Source: Myxococcales bacterium
GTDB taxonomy: Bacteria; Myxococcota_A; Polyangia; Polyangiales; Polyangiaceae
Direction of reading: 5' to 3'
Assembly: GCA_025354825.1 (NCBI GenBank)
Contig: JANXMC010000030.1
Span: 1 to 47,863, forward strand
DNA length: 47,863 nucleotides
Shown: piece by piece, positions 43,646 to 47,863 of the stretch
How positions within the stretch are numbered: the first letter of the stretch is position 1
How the letters are laid out: every line of letters begins with the position of its first letter
Notes under the pieces: generated by a model
The model's database searches: none
Seen by the model: the letters and a program-made list of their open reading frames with translations, nothing else
What the model was told of the DNA's origin: nothing
Position numbers and translations under genes: made by a program

Positions 43646-44275
43646 TCAGCCGTGGGCGCCGGCGCTCATCACCTTTTGGTACGCCGGCCGTGCACCGCAG
43701 CGCTGCGACCAGGCGGCGACATTCGTGTAGGGCGCAAAGTCGAAATGCATCGAGCGAATCCAGTCGGTGAACGCGTGCAGATGCGTATCGACCAACGTGT
43801 ACGTGCCGAGCAGGTACTCCTTCCCGGCGAGGGCATCGTCGAGAATCTTCAGGTGCGCGGCGATATCGCCCTTGGCCCGCTCGCCCGCCTTTTCGTTCTT
43901 CTCGTCTGCGGGGCCGGTCCACGGCATCGTGTTCCACGTGAAGCGGCGCACGGCGTCGCCAAGGGAAACGTTCGACCAGACAATCCACTTCATCGCCTCG
44001 CCGCGCTTCGGCCCAGGCGCCGGGAAGAGCCCCTTTTCGACGCCGAAGGCCTCGCCGAGATAAAGGGTAATCGCGGCCGACTCGAAGATAGCCGTCCCCT
44101 CGTGAACGATCGCCGGCACCTTGGCGTTCGGGTTCACTTTGAGGAACTCGGGCTTCTTGCCGTCTCCGCCTTTGAGATCGAGCTTCACGCGCTCGCACGG
44201 AACGCCAAGCTCGTGAATCACGACATCGGTCATGCTCGCTGTCGACATCGGCGCGTAATAAAACGTCAGGCTCAT
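43646..44275 (-). CDS. Glutathione S-transferase family protein
   Basis: Start at ATG 44275 (MSLTFYYAP). The N-domain motif KVPAIVHEGTAIFESAAITLYL is the GST signature (vP.l...g..l.ES.aI..YL), followed by a helical C-domain. The stop lies 31 nt upstream of the lanB ATG on the same strand. Confidence 0.85.
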   Translation of the reverse strand: MSLTFYYAPMSTASMTDVVIHELGVPCERVKLDLKGGDGKKPEFLKVNPNAKVPAIVHEGTAIFESAAITLYLGEAFGVEKGLFPAPGPKRGEAMKWIVWSNVSLGDAVRRFTWNTMPWTGPADEKNEKAGERAKGDIAAHLKILDDALAGKEYLLGTYTLVDTHLHAFTDWIRSMHFDFAPYTNVAAWSQRCGARPAYQKVMSAGAHG

Positions 44276-44419
44276 CGTGTCGCTCCTTCGAGGCGGGGAA
44301 GTCCCGCGGAGGCGCATCGTGCGCGCCCAAGAGACGCGTGGTCAATCGTAGCGTGCGCTCGACCTCGGACCTGCGCGGTGTGGGATGGGCGCTCCTGCTC
44401 GCTGTGCTAGTACCCGGCC

Positions 44420-45262
44420 GTGACCGCGCAATCCCCCTCGGCTGCTCTGCCTTCCCCGATCAATCGGCTCCTTCATTCGAAGGAGGTGCTCCCGCCCGAA
44501 GTGCATTCGGCGGTGCTCGCTCTCGGCGATGCGGCCGTGCCCCACCTCGTTGGCATTCTCGACGACGATGCGCATTGCGACGTCGACGCACCGGGTGCCG
44601 GCTTTGCGCCGGTTCACGCCGTCGAGATGCTCGCCGCGCTCAAGGCGCCTGCGGCCATCGAGCCGATGCTTCGCCTTCTCTCCGACACAACGCCGGACGA
44701 CATCGTTCACGACCTCATTGTCCGTCGCCTTCCCGATCGCGGCGGCGCCGCGCTCGAGCCCGTACTTGCGTGTCTTGCGCAGATCGCGGGCGATGAAACG
44801 GAAGACGACGACGCGCGCGCGCCGCTCTATGCGATTCTCGCGCGGCTGGGCGTAAAGGACGATCGCATCTTCGCGTCGCTCGTTTCGCTCGAGTCGAAAG
44901 ACTCGGCGTTGGCCGCCATGTACTTCGCCGATTACGGCGACGCGCGCGCGCTCCCGAGGCTGCGAAAGCTCATCATGGAGCAGGCGCCGGACTTCGCGTC
45001 GGACCACTTTCATACCGACTTTCGCGAGCTTCTCCACGACTTCGAGCGCCTCGGCGGCCTCATCGAAGGTGAGCTCCGCGTGCGCGTCGACGCCGTGTGG
45101 GCAGGCCTTCGCGAGCATACGGCCGCCGCGAAGCTCGCAGGTGGCGGCAAGACCGGGCGCAACGATCCGTGCCCCTGTGGCAGCGGCAAAAAGTTCAAAA
45201 AGTGCTGCATCAACGGCGGCCCGGGTCTAGCGCCGCAGGGGGCGAAGACCGCAGCCACCTAA
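44420..45262 (+). CDS. HEAT-like repeat protein with a C-terminal SEC-C metal-binding motif
   Basis: GRNDPCPCGSGKKFKKCC is the SEC-C motif. The N-terminal part has HEAT/PBS-lyase-like helices (AVPHLVGILDDD...AIEPMLRLL). It is divergent from the GST-lanB pair. Confidence 0.8.
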   Translation: MTAQSPSAALPSPINRLLHSKEVLPPEVHSAVLALGDAAVPHLVGILDDDAHCDVDAPGAGFAPVHAVEMLAALKAPAAIEPMLRLLSDTTPDDIVHDLIVRRLPDRGGAALEPVLACLAQIAGDETEDDDARAPLYAILARLGVKDDRIFASLVSLESKDSALAAMYFADYGDARALPRLRKLIMEQAPDFASDHFHTDFRELLHDFERLGGLIEGELRVRVDAVWAGLREHTAAAKLAGGGKTGRNDPCPCGSGKKFKKCCINGGPGLAPQGAKTAAT

Positions 45263-45470
45263 GCTTTTTGCCAATCGCGCAATTCCGTTTCGCGATTGGA
45301 TGTGAAAATAGAACGCGTGCAGGCGGACGCGGTTCTTGCGAAGCGCCTCCACGCGGCCGCAGCACGCCCGCCAGCACCTCGAGCTCGGGCTCGACGCGCC
45401 GTCGACCCGCGCCGGTGCGTGACGCCGCCTCGCCGCGCGCCGGGGCCTCGGCGTGCTACGTCAACGCTCT

Positions 45471-45830
45471 ATGGATCTCGATCACATCGTCATCGCCGCT
45501 GCCGATCTCGACGCGAGCGTGAAGCACTACGAGGCGCTCTTCGCCGTACTCGGTTTCGAAAAATCCCGCGATCGCGTCTGGCACAATTCGCAGGGAGTTT
45601 TTATCGAAGTACGCGCGGCGCGGGATGCGGCTTATGCCTACAAGCGTCAGGGCGTAGGGGTGAACCACTTTGGCGTAAAGGCGAGCTCGCGCGACGAGGT
45701 CGACGCCGTCGTGGCGAAGCTCCGCGCGGCCGGCGTGGCCGCACCGGATCCGCAGACGATCGATACGGCCTATGCCGTCTTCATTCCCGATCCGGACGGC
45801 CTACGGCTCGAGATTGGGTTCGATCCGTAG
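45471..45830 (+). CDS. Single-domain VOC/glyoxalase-family protein
   Basis: MDLDHIVIAAADLDASVKHYEALFAVLGF ... AVFIPDPDGLRLEI is the typical glyoxalase-fold pattern. Confidence 0.8.
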   Translation: MDLDHIVIAAADLDASVKHYEALFAVLGFEKSRDRVWHNSQGVFIEVRAARDAAYAYKRQGVGVNHFGVKASSRDEVDAVVAKLRAAGVAAPDPQTIDTAYAVFIPDPDGLRLEIGFDP

Positions 45831-45855
45831 CGGCCGCGTGCCCTGCGACCGCCCT

Positions 45856-46382
45856 TCATTTACGTTGGGGGGACGCCGTCAGATCCTCCACCGCCCGCTC
45901 CAGCACTTCGTCGCGCCCTTCGCGCAGCCCCTTCAGCGTGGGCCTTACGGCGACGTCGGGTGTGAGCCCCACGCGCTGAAGCTGCCGTCCGTCGGCGTGC
46001 CGAACTTCGGCACCGGAGAACTTCACGCTGAGCGACCCCGGCAGTGCGAAGTACGTGACGTCACCGTTCGCCCCCGCCGAAGGGCTGCCGATGAAGCGCG
46101 AGCCGTTCGCGGCTTCGAAAAGAAGCCCCGTGTGCTCGGCCTGACTCTGTGTGCGCTCGTCGATGATCATCACGGTTTTCCCCTTGTAGACGGGCTTGGT
46201 CGTCGGAAAAATAGGCTGCCCGTAGGAGATATGGAGACCCTTCACGGCGCCATCGAGGCTTTGAGGTCGAGATACTTGATGTGCCCCGCCCACGCGCCGC
46301 CGATCTCCGCCAGCATCGTGGCCAATTGCGCGCTCGTCGGAATACCGATTCGAAACGCGTGAAAAGCGTCTGCGAAATGGGC
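45856..46382 (-). pseudogene. S41 (C-terminal processing) peptidase remnant: C-terminal part only, with a frame break
   Basis: KTVMIIDERTQSQAEHTGLLF...FIGSPSAGANG...VGLTPDVAV resembles the S41 Ser-containing block and tail. An upstream piece (AEIGGAWAGHIKYLDLK) is in another frame, and the DLRxNxGG region and everything N-terminal to it are missing. Confidence 0.4.
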
Positions 46383-46645
46383 CTATCGAAGTTGAGACGG
46401 GGACCGCGTGTCTCGGGGGAGATGTGCCCGGTTCGACTACTTCAAATTGGACGTATCCGCGGACGCGTTGCGCAGGGCCGAGCAGGCGCGATCTCGTCGT
46501 TTGCGCGCCCCATGATCGGACTGATCGTTTGTCGGCCGCGGGCGCATCGCTCGCCGGCCCGCGGAGCGCGCCGCCAGTGTCAAATGACGGACGCCTTGAC
46601 GACCGTGCGTTTCCGGTTGGGGCAAGAGGCTGTAAGGTGCCTCCC

Positions 46646-47329
46646 GTGCAGAAGCTCGAAGCCGGGATCCACCATTTTCAGGCGAATTACTTCGCCTCGA
46701 ACCGCGACCTTTTTCAGCAACTTTCCGACCACGGGCAGCGACCCGAGACGCTGTTCATCACCTGTTGCGACTCCCGCGTCGTCCCCAACCTCATTACGAG
46801 CGCGGCGCCCGGCGAGCTTTTCATCGTGCGGAACGTCGGCAACATCGTTCCGTCCGTGGCGCGCGGCGTTCTCGGAGGTGTCTCGGCGGCCATCGAATAT
46901 GCCGTCGAGGTTCTCCAAGTCGACAACATCATCGTATGTGGCCATACCAACTGCGGCGCCATCGACGCGATTTTGCACCCCGAGCGCGTCGCCCATTTGC
47001 CGCTCTTGTCGCGGTGGCTCGGCGAGTCGTCGCGCATTCCAACGCTCATCGAAGAGCGGTACGGCGATCTCGATGGCGAGGCCCGCATGACGGCCGCCGT
47101 GCAAGAGAACGTGCTCGTGCAGCTGGAGAACCTGAGGTCGTTCGACTTCGTGGCGCGTCGCATGGACGCGGGCACCCTCAAGATCAGCGGCTGGGTTTTC
47201 AAAATAGCGACGGGGGACGTATTTGGGTACGACCCCACGTCCGAGCAGTTCTTGCAGCTCGGAAGCGCCGAAATGGAGCGGCCGGCCCTCAGCTCGCGCC
47301 CGCCGCCCATGCCGTCGACGCGCGAGTAG
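46646..47329 (+). CDS. Beta-class carbonic anhydrase
   Basis: GTG 46646 follows AAGGTG. Zinc-ligand motifs FITCCDSRV and VCGHTNCGA. The upstream part of the track ORF is not protein-like. Confidence 0.9.
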   Translation: MQKLEAGIHHFQANYFASNRDLFQQLSDHGQRPETLFITCCDSRVVPNLITSAAPGELFIVRNVGNIVPSVARGVLGGVSAAIEYAVEVLQVDNIIVCGHTNCGAIDAILHPERVAHLPLLSRWLGESSRIPTLIEERYGDLDGEARMTAAVQENVLVQLENLRSFDFVARRMDAGTLKISGWVFKIATGDVFGYDPTSEQFLQLGSAEMERPALSSRPPPMPSTRE

Positions 47330-47401
47330 GCCTCCGCGGCACGCGGAGCGCGACGGATCCGCACAAATCGCGCGGATCCGATCGCGCCGTCGTCGACGTC
47401 T

Positions 47402-47704
47402 CTATTTCGGGAGCTTCGAGGCCAAGAGGTCGACCATTTCGATCTTCGGCGGCTCGGACAAAAGCTCGCCCGCTTTGGCCATGAGCGCCGCCGCGATGGG
47501 GCCGTTCAAGTGGGCTTTACGCCCAGCGTCGTTGGGGAATGCGTCGAAAATACCGAATTCGCTTTTGCTGATTCGCAATGCGAACCACGCCGTCGTGGCC
47601 GGTTCGGCCTCGGCGAGGGGGAGGGCAGACGACAGAAACGCTGCGACCTCCTCTTCCTTTCCAGGCTTTGCGACAAGGCGGACGAGCAACGCGACGTTGA
47701 CCAT
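47402..47704 (-). CDS. ABM-domain (antibiotic biosynthesis monooxygenase/YgiN-like) protein
   Basis: GAGAGGAG RBS, then ATG 47704. 100 aa: MVNVALLVRLVAKPGKEEEVAAFL...WFALRISKSEFGIFDAF, a ferredoxin-like ABM pattern. Confidence 0.7.
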   Translation of the reverse strand: MVNVALLVRLVAKPGKEEEVAAFLSSALPLAEAEPATTAWFALRISKSEFGIFDAFPNDAGRKAHLNGPIAAALMAKAGELLSEPPKIEMVDLLASKLPK

Positions 47705-47759
47705 GGTCAATCTCCTCTCGAGCACCGACGCGGCGCTCGTCGGGGGAAGGTACGCCAAT

Positions 47760-47863
47760 TTACTGGGTGCGTGCGAGCGCGCTGTCGGCGGCGTGACGGA
47801 GGCGTGCGTCTTCGAGATCGAGCTCACGTTCGATACGCCGGCGCGCTTCGTCGTCGAGGAGAT
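47760..47863 (-). CDS. 3' end of an unidentified gene that enters from beyond the window
   Basis: The reverse frame reads ..LLDDEARRRIERELDLEDARLRHAADSALARTQ, with stop TAA at 47762-47760. Too short to classify. Confidence 0.35.
   Translation of the reverse strand, partial: LLDDEARRRIERELDLEDARLRHAADSALARTQ

Overview
A 47.9-kb, very GC-rich chromosomal segment (by eye about 70% G+C with strong third-codon-position GC bias; not computed exactly). The gene content suggests a myxobacterium. That is an inference from the many lipobox lipoproteins, a Ser/Thr kinase next to a TPR/PEGA protein, RCC1-type and SBBP-type beta-propellers, and dense c-di-GMP and Che-like signalling. I can support about 45 protein-coding genes. 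I found no rRNA, tRNA, CRISPR array, IS element, integrase or phage genes. Many long ORFs in the supplied track are Arg/Pro/Ala-rich shadow frames of real genes, and I discarded them. Main points: (1) On the minus strand, a GST gene sits 31 nt upstream of a full-length LanB-type lanthipeptide dehydratase (40402-44275). The window has no LanC, precursor peptide, protease or exporter. This is my best candidate for an undescribed system (dehydration plus glutathione-type thiol addition). (2) A compact Che-like/c-di-GMP module lacking MCP and CheW (24841-31015): REC-GAF-GGDEF, CheX, CheY, a membrane thioredoxin-fold protein, a membrane-integral CheA-like kinase without a P5 domain, and a doubly degenerate REC-GGDEF that keeps its RxxD site. 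(3) Just downstream lies a signalling-gene graveyard: a HisKA-only ORF, an in-frame TGA followed by a REC tail, an inverted HD-GYP fragment, and a perfect 21-bp tandem repeat. (4) A co-directional run of NPP phosphodiesterase, 5'-nucleotidase, Ser/Thr kinase, PstS-like lipoprotein and TPR/PEGA protein. (5) A secreted protein with a type-3-copper (tyrosinase-like) C-domain, a Lys/Ala-rich histone-like protein with an internal duplication behind a low-GC leader, and a 16-bp perfect palindrome in the promoter of a hydrolase gene that lies next to a MarR gene. (6) At least five small accessory ORFs show frame breaks, which are either genuine decay or assembly indels. All functional calls come from motif recognition by eye; no database search was run.
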